From a virus (Duplodnaviria > Heunggongvirae > Uroviricota > Caudoviricetes): 64,000 nucleotides of DNA. The DNA lies in IMG/VR virus record IMGVR_UViG_3300036860_000563, positions 1 through 64,000 of that record, one strand, 5' to 3'. The position numbers were made by a program, and so were the translations under genes. The stretch's first letter is position 1, and every line of letters begins with the position of its first letter. The notes below the pieces were generated by a model. The model was not told where the DNA came from. It worked only from the letters and a program-made list of their open reading frames with translations, and did not search any database. Of the stretch, positions 27,701-36,213 are shown in pieces.

Positions 27701-28162
27701 ATGATCATCGATCGGTTCACCGGTGAGTACCGGCTCCTCAGCAACTTTAGCCCACACTCGGTCACACTGAGTGATGACGGGATCGAGTACCCGACGCTGG
27801 AACACGCCTTCCAGGCCGTGAGAACGCACGACGCCGGTGAGCGTGCGTTGATCCGCGAGACGCTGTCTCCCACGCGGGCTAGAAAACTAGGGCAGTTCGT
27901 GGAGCTACGGCCTAGGTGGGACGAGACCCGGTACGCCGTCATGTTGGAGCTCGTGCGCCTGAAGTTCATCACCCACCCGGACGCGCTCACGGGGCTGCTC
28001 GCCACCGGGGACGCGACGCTCATCGCGGGTAACGACTGGCACGACAACGTCTGGGGTAACTGCACGTGCCTTCGGCGTGTGTGCGCCGCACCCGGGAGCA
28101 ACGTGCTCGGCCGGACGCTGATGAAGGTGCGTGGTGAACTCCGTGCCGCGACGAGAGTGTGA
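27701..28162 (+). CDS. NADAR-family (YbiA-like / DUF1768) ADP-ribose-processing enzyme
   Basis: FTGEYRLLSNFSP (F.G.Y..LSNF), YPTLEHAFQA, ...DNVWGNC fit the NADAR signature. Confidence 0.7.
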   Translation: MIIDRFTGEYRLLSNFSPHSVTLSDDGIEYPTLEHAFQAVRTHDAGERALIRETLSPTRARKLGQFVELRPRWDETRYAVMLELVRLKFITHPDALTGLLATGDATLIAGNDWHDNVWGNCTCLRRVCAAPGSNVLGRTLMKVRGELRAATRV

Positions 28163-28424
28163 CGGAAGTAGTGGCTCGCGTTGAGTGGAACGTGTTCGTG
28201 CAAGGTGTGAAGTTAGGGGGTCTTGACGTTGACGATTGAGCGTGTCATCCTGCTGGTTGTGTTCGGCGCGCTGGGCGTGGGGCTCGTGCTCTACGTCCTC
28301 AGCGTTGGACGTGGACGTGGGCGTCGTAGGTGACGTCACACACGCCACAGCTCATATCACCTCACCTGATATGATAAGAGTAAGAGACAGCTAAGAAAAC
28401 TCATCGACAGGAGATGATGATCGA

Positions 28425-28715
28425 GTGCTCAAGAACTTGGGTGCGTGGAAGCGCGTGTCGTTCGTACTCGTAGTTCTCGCACTGGCCGTCACAATCGGTG
28501 GCTGCGGTAAGATGCGTGAGAAGGTCAAGGACGCACCGATGAATGACCAGCTGGACAACACCGGTGTCGCGACGCGAGTCGTGATGCCGGACGGCTACTC
28601 GAACGTGGCCACTAAGTGCGATCACGGTAACCGGATCTACGTGGCGTTTCACGGAGACTCGCCCTACACCGCGATCGCGATCGTACCCGGTGACCCAACT
28701 TGTCCTAAGAACTAG
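28425..28715 (+). CDS. small secreted lipoprotein
   Basis: Signal peptide KRVSFVLVVLALAVTIGGC with lipobox-like IGG|C. AGGAG RBS, GTG start. Preceded by a TGATATGAT -10-like element at about 28367. Confidence 0.45.
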   Translation: MLKNLGAWKRVSFVLVVLALAVTIGGCGKMREKVKDAPMNDQLDNTGVATRVVMPDGYSNVATKCDHGNRIYVAFHGDSPYTAIAIVPGDPTCPKN

Positions 28716-28741
28716 GTGAGAGAAGGAGAGGCACGAGAGTC

Positions 28742-29746
28742 GTGGACGGAACGTTCATCGGCACGATCGTGTTCGGGGTGCTCACGCTCGTGGGAGTCGT
28801 CGTGTGGCTTGCCACGCGGGTGACCAACCCACGACCACACTCTGATCAGTATGACACACTCTCCGGTCACCGCCGAGCGGTAGCAGCGTGGGAGCTGCGC
28901 GGTACCGCGCGACGAGCCGCCCGCTGGACGGTCATCGCGCTCGGTGGGTGCACGGTGTTACTCTTCACGCTGTCGTGCTTCACGCGCGTCGGTACCAACC
29001 AGATCGGGATCATGAACTCGTTCGGGCGACCCGTGGACGCGCTGTCCAACGGCGTGCACCCGAAGTCGCCGTGGGAGACGAAGGTCGAGTTTGACGCGTC
29101 GCGGCAGTTCCTGCGCTTCCAGGAGCGCGGCAACGGCAAGGAGACGCACAGCGAGAAGGTGTTCCCGGCCTTCAAGGTTCGCATCGCGAACAACGCGGGC
29201 GCGGAGGTCTGGGGCGTCGTGACGTGGCAGATGCGCGCCGACACCCCGGAGGAGAAGTTGCAGGCGGTGCAGCTGTACCGGCAGTACCGCACGTTCGAGC
29301 GACTGAACGACAACTACGTCGCACAGTCGACGCAGGCCGTGCTGCTCGCGACGTTCGCGGACGTCAACCCGCTGGTGCCGGACAAGAACCCATCGTTCGC
29401 GGAGCTGTCCGTGACGACGGAGCGGCACCTGCGCGAGCTCGTCGGCGCGCAGCTGGACGTCATCTCGGTGCAGCTCACGTTCGTGGACTACGATGATAAG
29501 ACGGACGATGCGATTAAGTCTGTGCAGGCGCAGATCGCGAAGACCGCCGAGGAGACCCAGCGACAGAAGACCAACGAGGCGGCGGCTCGCGCCGCAGCCG
29601 CGCTGGGTAGCACCGCGCAGGGACCACCGCCCAGCGAGGCGGTGCTCATCAACAAGTGTCTGGACATCGCACAGGCACTGGGTAAGGAACCCGGCTACTG
29701 CTTCATCCGAGGTGCCACTCCGATCATCGGGCGCTCACCGCAGTAG
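28742..29746 (+). CDS. SPFH/band-7 (stomatin/prohibitin-like) membrane protein
   Basis: Two N-terminal TM segments, then a band-7-like core (IMNSFGRPVDAL...HPKSPWETKVEFD...FKVRIANNAGAEVWGVVTWQMR), then a coiled-coil/Ala-rich tail. Confidence 0.5.
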   Translation: MDGTFIGTIVFGVLTLVGVVVWLATRVTNPRPHSDQYDTLSGHRRAVAAWELRGTARRAARWTVIALGGCTVLLFTLSCFTRVGTNQIGIMNSFGRPVDALSNGVHPKSPWETKVEFDASRQFLRFQERGNGKETHSEKVFPAFKVRIANNAGAEVWGVVTWQMRADTPEEKLQAVQLYRQYRTFERLNDNYVAQSTQAVLLATFADVNPLVPDKNPSFAELSVTTERHLRELVGAQLDVISVQLTFVDYDDKTDDAIKSVQAQIAKTAEETQRQKTNEAAARAAAALGSTAQGPPPSEAVLINKCLDIAQALGKEPGYCFIRGATPIIGRSPQ

Positions 29747-29774
29747 GGTTCACTCGCGCTACGTTGACCGATGA

Positions 29775-30491
29775 GTGACGAGGAGAGTGACGCCCGTGAA
29801 CACGGTGCTGCTGAATGGGATCGTCGGGTCGACCGCGTACAACTTAGCGGACTCTGACTCGGACGTGGACAGACTCGGGATCTTCGCCGTTGACACGGTG
29901 GAGCTGCACGGGTTGAGGCGTCCGGTTGAGAGCATCGTTAGGACGCATCCGGATCGCACGCTTCACGAGGTGGGTAAGTGGTGTCGACTCGCACTTAACG
30001 GTAACCCCACCGTGATGGAGCTCGTGTGGTTACCGCGTGACCTGTACGAGGAGAGCACCGAGCTCGGCGAGGAACTCATCGCGTTACGTGGCGAGTTCTT
30101 GAGTGCGAGTCGCGTGCGAGACGCGTACCTGGGCTACGCCACCCAGCAGTTCTACAAGCTTCAGGCGCGCGGTGATGGGTCGTTCTCTGCCGACACGCGT
30201 AAGCGTATGGCGAAGCACGCACGACACCTACTTCGGCTGCTCGAGCAGGGCGTCGAGCTGCACCGGACCGGCACGTTGACGATCCGGCTCTCACCAGAAG
30301 TCGCCGCCGCGGTGCGCGAGTTCGGCGACCGGGTCGCGACCGGTGACGTGGAGGAAGCGCGTGTAAAGCTCTCACTGTTCGAGGAGGTGTTCCGCACGGT
30401 GTCGACGCCACTGCCCGCTGAGCCCAACGTCGAGCGCGTGGAGCGCTGGCTGCGTGAGGTGCGACGACAACACTACGCTTCTGAGAAGTAA
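29775..30491 (+). CDS. minimal pol-beta-superfamily nucleotidyltransferase
   Basis: LLNGIVGSTAYNLADSDSDVDRLGIF is the GS-x9-DxD NTase signature. Alternative GTG starts at 29787 and 29796. Confidence 0.55.
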   Translation: MTRRVTPVNTVLLNGIVGSTAYNLADSDSDVDRLGIFAVDTVELHGLRRPVESIVRTHPDRTLHEVGKWCRLALNGNPTVMELVWLPRDLYEESTELGEELIALRGEFLSASRVRDAYLGYATQQFYKLQARGDGSFSADTRKRMAKHARHLLRLLEQGVELHRTGTLTIRLSPEVAAAVREFGDRVATGDVEEARVKLSLFEEVFRTVSTPLPAEPNVERVERWLREVRRQHYASEK

Positions 30492-30558
30492 GTTCACGCA
30501 CGAACGAACCCGGTGAGGAAGTACCGTGTTGCAGAAGATACCACGTCGAAGCTCGAGT

Positions 30559-30951
30559 ATGCGACCGTTGATGATCGTCATGTTGATCATCGCACCGCTG
30601 GTCATGACGGTGATGTGGTTCGGTCCTAGGATCAACGGTCGGGTTCCGTTCACCGGTGGGCCCGGCCGGATCTTAGTGTCGGTGGTGTTCGCTCCGACGA
30701 CTCGTCAGCTGTCCGTTCACGTTGAAGAGTTCGTCGACGACGTCAAGGTAGTTGATGATAAGACGAAAGAGTCCCCCTGGGCGATGGCCCAGGTCATCTA
30801 CCCGGGTCAAGTTGTGCGACTGGAGGCGACGCAGGTTGAGTCGGGCGTCCTCACGTGCCGGATCGCTCACTGGAACGGCACGGTGATAGACACCCAGACA
30901 CGAACCGCGTACGGAACGGTCGCCTGCTCGACGTCGAGGAAAAAGACGTGA
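30559..30951 (+). CDS. membrane-anchored/secreted hypothetical protein
   Basis: Hydrophobic N-terminus MRPLMIVMLIIAPLVMTVMWF. Confidence 0.4.
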   Translation: MRPLMIVMLIIAPLVMTVMWFGPRINGRVPFTGGPGRILVSVVFAPTTRQLSVHVEEFVDDVKVVDDKTKESPWAMAQVIYPGQVVRLEATQVESGVLTCRIAHWNGTVIDTQTRTAYGTVACSTSRKKT

Positions 30952-31550
30952 CGGTGTGGTTCACCGCCGACCTGCACCTTGGGCACGCGCGCATCATTGA
31001 GCTGTGTAACCGGCCGTTCGCGTCCGTCGCTGAGATGAACGAGACGATCATCGAGCGCTGGAACGCCGTCGTAGCGCGCACGGACATGGTGTTCGTGCTC
31101 GGTGATGTGGCACTCGGCCGGCTCTCAGAGACGCTACCGCTGGTCAGACGACTGCACGGCCGGAAGTGCCTGGTACCGGGTAACCACGACCGGTGCTGGT
31201 CTGGTCACGACCGGGTGAGCCCGGCTGACCTGCGACGCTACACCGACGTCGGCTTCGTGGTGCTGCCCGGGCACACGTTTCACCGTGGTCTGGACGCCCA
31301 GCTGTGTCACTTCCCGGCGACGGTGGACGTCACATCCAGCGCTCACGGTGATGATCGTTTCGCGGCGTTTAGACCCGTGATACGCCCCGGAAAGTGGCTC
31401 GTGCACGGTCACGTGCACAACCGCTGGCGGGTGAGTGATGATCAGGTGAACGTCGGCGTGGATGTGTGGGACTTCACACCCGTCTCGATCGAGACGCTAC
31501 GTGTCATACGCTCTGGGATGATCGCTTGGGAAGACGCGAGTGAGTGCTGA
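30948..31550 (+). CDS. calcineurin-like metallophosphoesterase
   Basis: WFTADLHLGH (DxH), VLGDVALG (GD), PGNHD (GNHD/E), VHGHVH. GTGA overlap. GAGGA RBS. Confidence 0.65.
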   Translation: MTVWFTADLHLGHARIIELCNRPFASVAEMNETIIERWNAVVARTDMVFVLGDVALGRLSETLPLVRRLHGRKCLVPGNHDRCWSGHDRVSPADLRRYTDVGFVVLPGHTFHRGLDAQLCHFPATVDVTSSAHGDDRFAAFRPVIRPGKWLVHGHVHNRWRVSDDQVNVGVDVWDFTPVSIETLRVIRSGMIAWEDASEC

Positions 31551-31628
31551 TCGTGACGATGACACGCGGTGCAATACGATGATAAACACTCACGGCGTAC
31601 GAGTGATCGGAGAGACGGAGGAGAGAAC

Positions 31629-32015
31629 GTGAGTGACACCACGGTCAACTGGACGCTCCTCAACTCGCTCGCGGCGCGACCGCACAGGCACGACGGCGCG
31701 CCGCACCGAGGGTACCGCAGAGTCGTTCAGCACCTGCTGGACGTGGCCGGTGTACCGGACGGCGTCGGTGTGGACACGCGCGTCGACGCGCGGGTGTACC
31801 TGCTACTCGTCGAGGTTCTTAAGCTGCGAGAGACGCTCGGCCGACTCAGGGACCGGCACTCACGTGAGACCGGTCCGGCGGGAACGGTGGGTGTTTACTG
31901 CACCGAGTGTGACGCTCGCTGGCCGTGCAGCACGCGTCGTCTGGTCGACGGAACGTACGTCGAGGACGACGGAACGTACGTCGAGGACGACACGCCGGAA
32001 GTTGACACGCGGTGA
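31629..32015 (+). CDS. hypothetical protein with a C-terminal 21-bp tandem duplication (GTYVEDD x2)
   Basis: GGAGGAG RBS before GTG. Confidence 0.4.
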   Translation: MSDTTVNWTLLNSLAARPHRHDGAPHRGYRRVVQHLLDVAGVPDGVGVDTRVDARVYLLLVEVLKLRETLGRLRDRHSRETGPAGTVGVYCTECDARWPCSTRRLVDGTYVEDDGTYVEDDTPEVDTR

Positions 32016-32311
32016 GGTACCGGCCGTGGCTGCCCGCACCGGTCGTCGTGCCTAGCTGCCCACTCTGCTGGCAGGGTGACGAGTACGTCGTCGGAGCGTG
32101 GTTCCCCGACCCGGTGTTCACGCCACTCGCGGTGGACGGTGCGCGACAGCTCAGCGTTCGAGGTGAGGTGCCGGAGCTCGTCGCTTATCGACTGCGCTGT
32201 GGTCACGACGTTCAAGTGACCGAGTACGAGCTGTGCGAGACGCGCGTCACGGGGCGCGTGACTCACCGACTCCAACCCGTGCGTGATGACGACGATGAGG
32301 TAGAGAGGTGA
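32012..32311 (+). CDS. Cys-containing small protein (putative zinc ribbon)
   Basis: GTGA overlap. CPLC...C...C. Confidence 0.4.
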   Translation: MRYRPWLPAPVVVPSCPLCWQGDEYVVGAWFPDPVFTPLAVDGARQLSVRGEVPELVAYRLRCGHDVQVTEYELCETRVTGRVTHRLQPVRDDDDEVER

Positions 32312-32318
32312 ACAACCG

Positions 32319-33112
32319 GTGAACCCACTTCAGGGTGATGATGATCACGTCACGTGGGTCAAGGTACTGCTAGCTCTCGGGTTGGTGGTGCTGTTCGTAG
32401 GCACCTGCGTGGGTTGCCTAGCGTGGCTCTCGGGTCTCGGCTGACGGGAGAAGAGTGAGATGAACAACGGACGGACTAGGTTCGGTGACGTCATCGCGTT
32501 CGTGGTGGCCGTCATCGCGGTTGTGATCGCGGTTTTAGTGATCTTCGGTGCGCTCGACGGCCTCGGCGGTGGTGGGTGATGCGAGGCGTTCTCGGCCTCC
32601 TGGTGCTGCTGGCCGGCCTGGGTGTTGGTGTTGGTACTACCTGGGCGGTTCTCTCTCCGCTAGCTCTCCCAAGGAGCGCCCGAAGGTGGCACCACCGGGT
32701 GTCAACGGGGTGGCAGATCACGCGACGAAGGGTGGTGATGACGCCGCTAGCTGGCTGACGACGTTGACGCCCAACACGTGGAAGATCATCATTATCGCCG
32801 TCATCGCTCTTGTGATCTTATGGGCGTGGCGGTCGTTCCCGGCGTTCAAGTGGATGATCATCGGATGCGGGCTCGCGGCGCTCGTGTTTCTCGTGTTCAT
32901 AGCGTGAGCTGGCGATGATGAGTGAGGATAAGCGTGCGGCGATCGGCGTTCTGATCGGTGTGATGATGATCGTACTCGCGCTCGTAGGCATCATCTACGA
33001 GCGAAGAGATCGTAAGTAAGCAAAGAGGAAGGGGAAGAGTTAGCGTGAGCGACGTACAGGTAGAGTGGGGAGTGACTCTCTCACTCATCGCGATGAGCGT
33101 AGGACTGGTGTG
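32319..33112 (+). other. cluster of at least 5 tiny predicted single-TM peptides (22-60 aa) immediately upstream of terminase
   Basis: Examples: 32319..32444 VNPLQGDDDHVTWVKVLLALGLVVLFVGTCVGCLAWLSGLG; 32460..32579 MNNGRTRFGDVIAFVVAVIAVVIAVLVIFGALDGLGGGG; 32577..32907 region with KIIIIAVIALVILWAW and MIIGCGLAALVFLVFIA; 32916..33020 MMSEDKRAAIGVLIGVMMIVLALVGIIYERRDRK. Confidence 0.35.
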
Positions 33113-33219
33113 ATCGCTGCTGTCGGCGCTGTTCGGCGGTAAGTCTAAGAGGTAGGACGTACTCACCGTGTAGATGTGACGTGGTGCGCTGTGATACGTT
33201 GTGATACGGTGTGGTGCGG

Positions 33220-33225
33220 TAGAAT
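33220..33225 (+). promoter_or_regulatory. TAGAAT -10-like hexamer 6 nt upstream of the terminase ATG (leaderless-type arrangement), preceded by a GTGATACG(T/G)T x2 direct repeat
   Basis: Seen directly. Confidence 0.3.
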
Positions 33226-33231
33226 CAACGC

Positions 33232-34740
33232 ATGATGGGGTTGGGTGAGAGCGCGTCACTCGAGCGCACGCTCGCGGACGCGCTCGACCCGCCCGAACTA
33301 CGCTGGCGACGCGACCCGGTGGCGTGGGCCATCGAGCGCGCGCGGGTGGAGTTGTGGTCCAAGCAGCGTGAGATTCTCGAGTCCGTCCGGGACAACGCCA
33401 ACACGGCGGTGCGCTCGGCTCACTCCTCGGGGAAGAGCTGGCTCGCGTCCCTACTCACGTGCTGGTGGGTGGACGTTCACCCGGCGGGTCAGGCGCGCGT
33501 CATCACGACGGCACCGACGTCGAAGCAGGTCGACGCCGTGCTCTGGTACGAGATCAACCGGATGCACGCGCGGCTTGGATTACGTGGTCGTACGAACATG
33601 TCGGAGTGGTTTCTCGGTGACCGGATGCTCGTCGCGCTGGGTCGTAAGCCGCCGGACCACGTGGAGGCCGCGTTTCAGGGTTTACACGCGCGGTTCTTGC
33701 TTGCGATCCTAGACGAGGCATATGGCATCCCAAAGCACCTGTGGGACGAGGCCTCGACGTTGGCCAGCAACGAACACGGACGGGTGCTCGCGATCGGTAA
33801 CCCGGACGGACCCGGTGAGTTTGAAGAGAACTGCAAGGCCGGCTCCGGCTGGAACGTCATTCACATTGGGTACGCGGACACACCTAACTTCACGGGTGAG
33901 CCGGTGTCACGTGAGCTCGGTGAGTTGCTCGTGTCGCGCCGTTGGGTGGACGAGCGCCGGCACAAGTGGGGCGCTCACTCCGCGCTCTTTCAATCGAAGG
34001 TGGAGGGTAACTTTCCCAGCGGTGGTGACCCGTACGCCGTCATGCAGCATGACTGGGTGACGCGGTGCCGGCACCTGGAGCTACCCAGTGGTGAGCCGGT
34101 CGAGGCGGGCATCGACGTCGCGGCCGGTGGTGATCGAACCGTCATCCGGGAGCGACGCGGTGCGCGCGCCGGTCGTGAGGAATCGTTCCAGGACAACGAC
34201 CCGATGCGCACGGTGGGTCGACTCGTCGAAAAGATCGTTGAGTGGGAGATCCAGCGTGTGAAGATCGACGTGACGGGTCTCGGCTGGGGCATCTACGGCC
34301 GAGTCCGTGAACTGTCGTCCCGACACAACCCAGCGGGAGAGACGACACACTCGGCGGAGGTGATCGACGTCAACTTCGGCGCCGGACCACCGCCCGGCTA
34401 CGCGAAGAAGTTCCTCAACATGCGCGCCTACCTGTGGTGGGAGGTCGGGCGTGAGCTGTCGCGCCTCGGTCTCTGGGACCTCACCGAGGTGGATGACGAC
34501 ACGGTTCACGAGCTCACAACGCCGCGCTATCAGATCCTCGACTCGTACGGAAAGATTAAGATTGAGTCGAAGGACCACGTCATCAAGCGGCTCGGTCTCT
34601 CACCGGACCGCGCGGAGGCGCTCATCCTGGCGTTCTACGACGCTCGGACGACGGCCCGGGTCATCGGGTGGGCACACATGGCGAGCGCCGACCTGCTCCG
34701 GGACACGTCGCCCAGCGACAACGTGGCGGCGTACGAGTGA
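33232..34740 (+). CDS. terminase large subunit
   Basis: Walker A AVRSAHSSGKSW. Walker B-like LLAILDEAYGIP. C-terminal nuclease-like region with acidic residues (GIDVAAGGDRTV, KIDVTGLGWG). Confidence 0.8.
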   Translation: MMGLGESASLERTLADALDPPELRWRRDPVAWAIERARVELWSKQREILESVRDNANTAVRSAHSSGKSWLASLLTCWWVDVHPAGQARVITTAPTSKQVDAVLWYEINRMHARLGLRGRTNMSEWFLGDRMLVALGRKPPDHVEAAFQGLHARFLLAILDEAYGIPKHLWDEASTLASNEHGRVLAIGNPDGPGEFEENCKAGSGWNVIHIGYADTPNFTGEPVSRELGELLVSRRWVDERRHKWGAHSALFQSKVEGNFPSGGDPYAVMQHDWVTRCRHLELPSGEPVEAGIDVAAGGDRTVIRERRGARAGREESFQDNDPMRTVGRLVEKIVEWEIQRVKIDVTGLGWGIYGRVRELSSRHNPAGETTHSAEVIDVNFGAGPPPGYAKKFLNMRAYLWWEVGRELSRLGLWDLTEVDDDTVHELTTPRYQILDSYGKIKIESKDHVIKRLGLSPDRAEALILAFYDARTTARVIGWAHMASADLLRDTSPSDNVAAYE

Positions 34741-34955
34741 GAACGCCGCGGCTCGTGTCGCCGTGGGAGCGTCACTGTGGTTGCCCAACGTGTCACGTCC
34801 GGCCCGGCGAGCGCTGTGTCACGACCCGGCCGGTGCACTTACCGCCCTGGCGTGAGAGTGATCTCCGGTACGTCGGCACGCCGACGACGGCTCACCAGGC
34901 GCGCTACCGCCTCTGGTGCCACCTGTGGGGGCGTGATCTCTGCGAGCTGGCCTAA
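34738..34955 (+). CDS. small Cys/His-rich protein
   Basis: HCGCPTCH...C. GTGA overlap with the terminase stop. Confidence 0.35.
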
Positions 34956-35006
34956 GAAGATCTTAAGACTCGGCGTTGTAGGGCATCATTAATCCTGATA
35001 TGATTA

Positions 35007-35098
35007 ACTAGCTGGGGGTCGGAGAGGGAGGAATACCCGAAGGGCTTCGCGCCCTCCAGGCGGAATCAAGCTGCCTGGACCGCCTCAGCTCCAAAAAT
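35007..35098 (+). ncRNA. candidate structured small RNA (three internal hairpins closed by a terminal 8-bp helix; 3' end ...GCUCCA then AAAAUU)
   Basis: Preceded by a TGATATGAT -10-like element at about 34996..35004. No ORF. Terminal helix AGCTGGGG/CCTCAGCT is followed by CCA. Internal hairpins CGAAG-GG-CTTCG and CCAGGCG...TGCCTGG. Confidence 0.3.
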
Positions 35099-35166
35099 TA
35101 GTCATTTCAAACGAGAAGAGGGTATCGGCTTTCCGAGGATCACACACGTAGAGAAAGACGAAGGTC

Positions 35167-35433
35167 ATGGCGACGATTGAGGAATCTTCGTGCCCTGCGT
35201 GCGGCGCCGCCGACACGCTTCAGCTCGACCAGGCACTTGAGACTCAGCCGATCGGCTCGTTCTCGCTCGCCGGTGCTCAGATGAAGTTCTCCGCCCGGTC
35301 CCGGCCGCGGCTGACTTGCTCGGTGTGCACACTCGACCTGCTCGGTGAGTATGACCAGGACGGCCGGCACGTCACGTTCGACTCTCCGAAGGAGGTCACG
35401 GATGATCGTTCGCGTGGTGTACGTCCGCTGTGA
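35167..35433 (+). CDS. zinc-ribbon protein
   Basis: CPAC...CSVC. GAAGG RBS. Confidence 0.45.
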   Translation: MATIEESSCPACGAADTLQLDQALETQPIGSFSLAGAQMKFSARSRPRLTCSVCTLDLLGEYDQDGRHVTFDSPKEVTDDRSRGVRPL

Positions 35434-35614
35434 TGGGTGCGGGCAACCGTGCGGCAATGCTGATGATCTACGGGTCACGGCGGCCGAGGCCCGACAACTC
35501 GCGCGCCGACGGGGTTGGGTTCGACAGCCCCGTGACGTTACCTCGCAGCGCCCGGCAGGAGCCGACTGGTGTCCGGCGTGTGCGTTAATGGTTGATTCGG
35601 GGCTCTTGGTGTGA
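35417..35614 (+). CDS. zinc-ribbon protein
   Basis: CDGCGQPC...CPAC. AAGGAGG RBS. ATGA overlap. Confidence 0.45.
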   Translation: MYVRCDGCGQPCGNADDLRVTAAEARQLARRRGWVRQPRDVTSQRPAGADWCPACALMVDSGLLV

Positions 35615-35666
35615 TCAACGTGCCTAGCGCGGCCGTGGACGACGTCGGTTGCACGTTTGCATCACA

Positions 35667-35677
35667 TGTGATATAGT
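35667..35677 (+). promoter_or_regulatory. extended -10-like element TGTGATATAGT about 60 nt upstream of the tRNA cluster
   Basis: The 12-mer ATGTGATATAGT recurs at 37438..37449. TGATAT(A/G)(A/G)T-type elements also occur at about 24654, 28367, 34996 and 37890. Confidence 0.35.
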
Positions 35678-35737
35678 TCTACTTAAGAACGAGAACAGAG
35701 GGCGCCGGGTGGACGACGGGTGTCGGTCGGCGTTCGA

Positions 35738-35807
35738 GGGATGATAGCTTAACGGGAAAAGCCCGGGTCGCTCCCGGCGTACGCTGGTTCGAGGCCAGCT
35801 CATCCCA
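35738..35807 (+). tRNA. tRNA-like element with perfect acceptor, D- and T-arms but a non-canonical anticodon arm (CGC at the anticodon position)
   Basis: Manual fold: acceptor GGGATGA/TCATCCC + A73; D-stem GCTT/AAGC; T-arm GCTGG-TTCGAGG-CCAGC; variable loop CGTAC. Anticodon arm is either CCGGG-TCGCT-CCCGG (5-nt loop) or a 4-bp stem with loop GTCGCTC. Confidence 0.45.
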
Positions 35808-35951
35808 CGAGAGACACTCGTCCTAGGAGTGAGCGTCACTCGAGGATGTGAGTGGCGGAGGAAGTGGAGCCGGTTGGACCGTCCGGCGCGCGACACACCG
35901 GTACGATCGCTTGGTCAGCGAGGGACTACCGGTACCCGATCTCACATCCGA

Positions 35952-36023
35952 ACCTACGTAGCTCAACGGACAGAGCACCGGTCTACGAAGCCGGTGGTGG
36001 AGGTTCGACTCCTCTCGTAGGTA
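35952..36023 (+). tRNA. tRNA-Arg (anticodon ACG)
   Basis: Manual fold: acceptor ACCTACG/CGTAGGT; D-stem GCTC/GAGC; anticodon stem CCGGT/GCCGG with loop CTACGAA; T-arm GGAGG-TTCGACT-CCTCT; discriminator A. Confidence 0.7.
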
Positions 36024-36039
36024 CGAAGATCTTGATAGG

Positions 36040-36213
36040 ATGACTTCTATGATGACGAACGAAGATCGCATGACGCTGGTGCTCAGCGTGATCTACGAGG
36101 GTCCGATCGACTCGGACGAGCAGGTGACGGACGCCGCCCGGAAGATCGTAGCTGCGTGGGAGAACGACGTCACGGAGCTCCAGACGGTGACGACGAACAG
36201 TGCGTCCCCGTGA
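36040..36213 (+). CDS. small hypothetical protein
   Basis: 57-aa ORF directly after tRNA-Arg. GTGA overlap with the next gene. Confidence 0.3.
   Translation: MTSMMTNEDRMTLVLSVIYEGPIDSDEQVTDAARKIVAAWENDVTELQTVTTNSASP

Noticed and set aside
35831-35948. 106-nt segment bracketed by complementary 9-mers, considered as a long-variable-arm (class II) tRNA
   Set aside because: Too long for a class II tRNA, and no recognisable T-loop (TTCRA) or anticodon arm could be folded by hand. Reported only as part of the ncRNA island.
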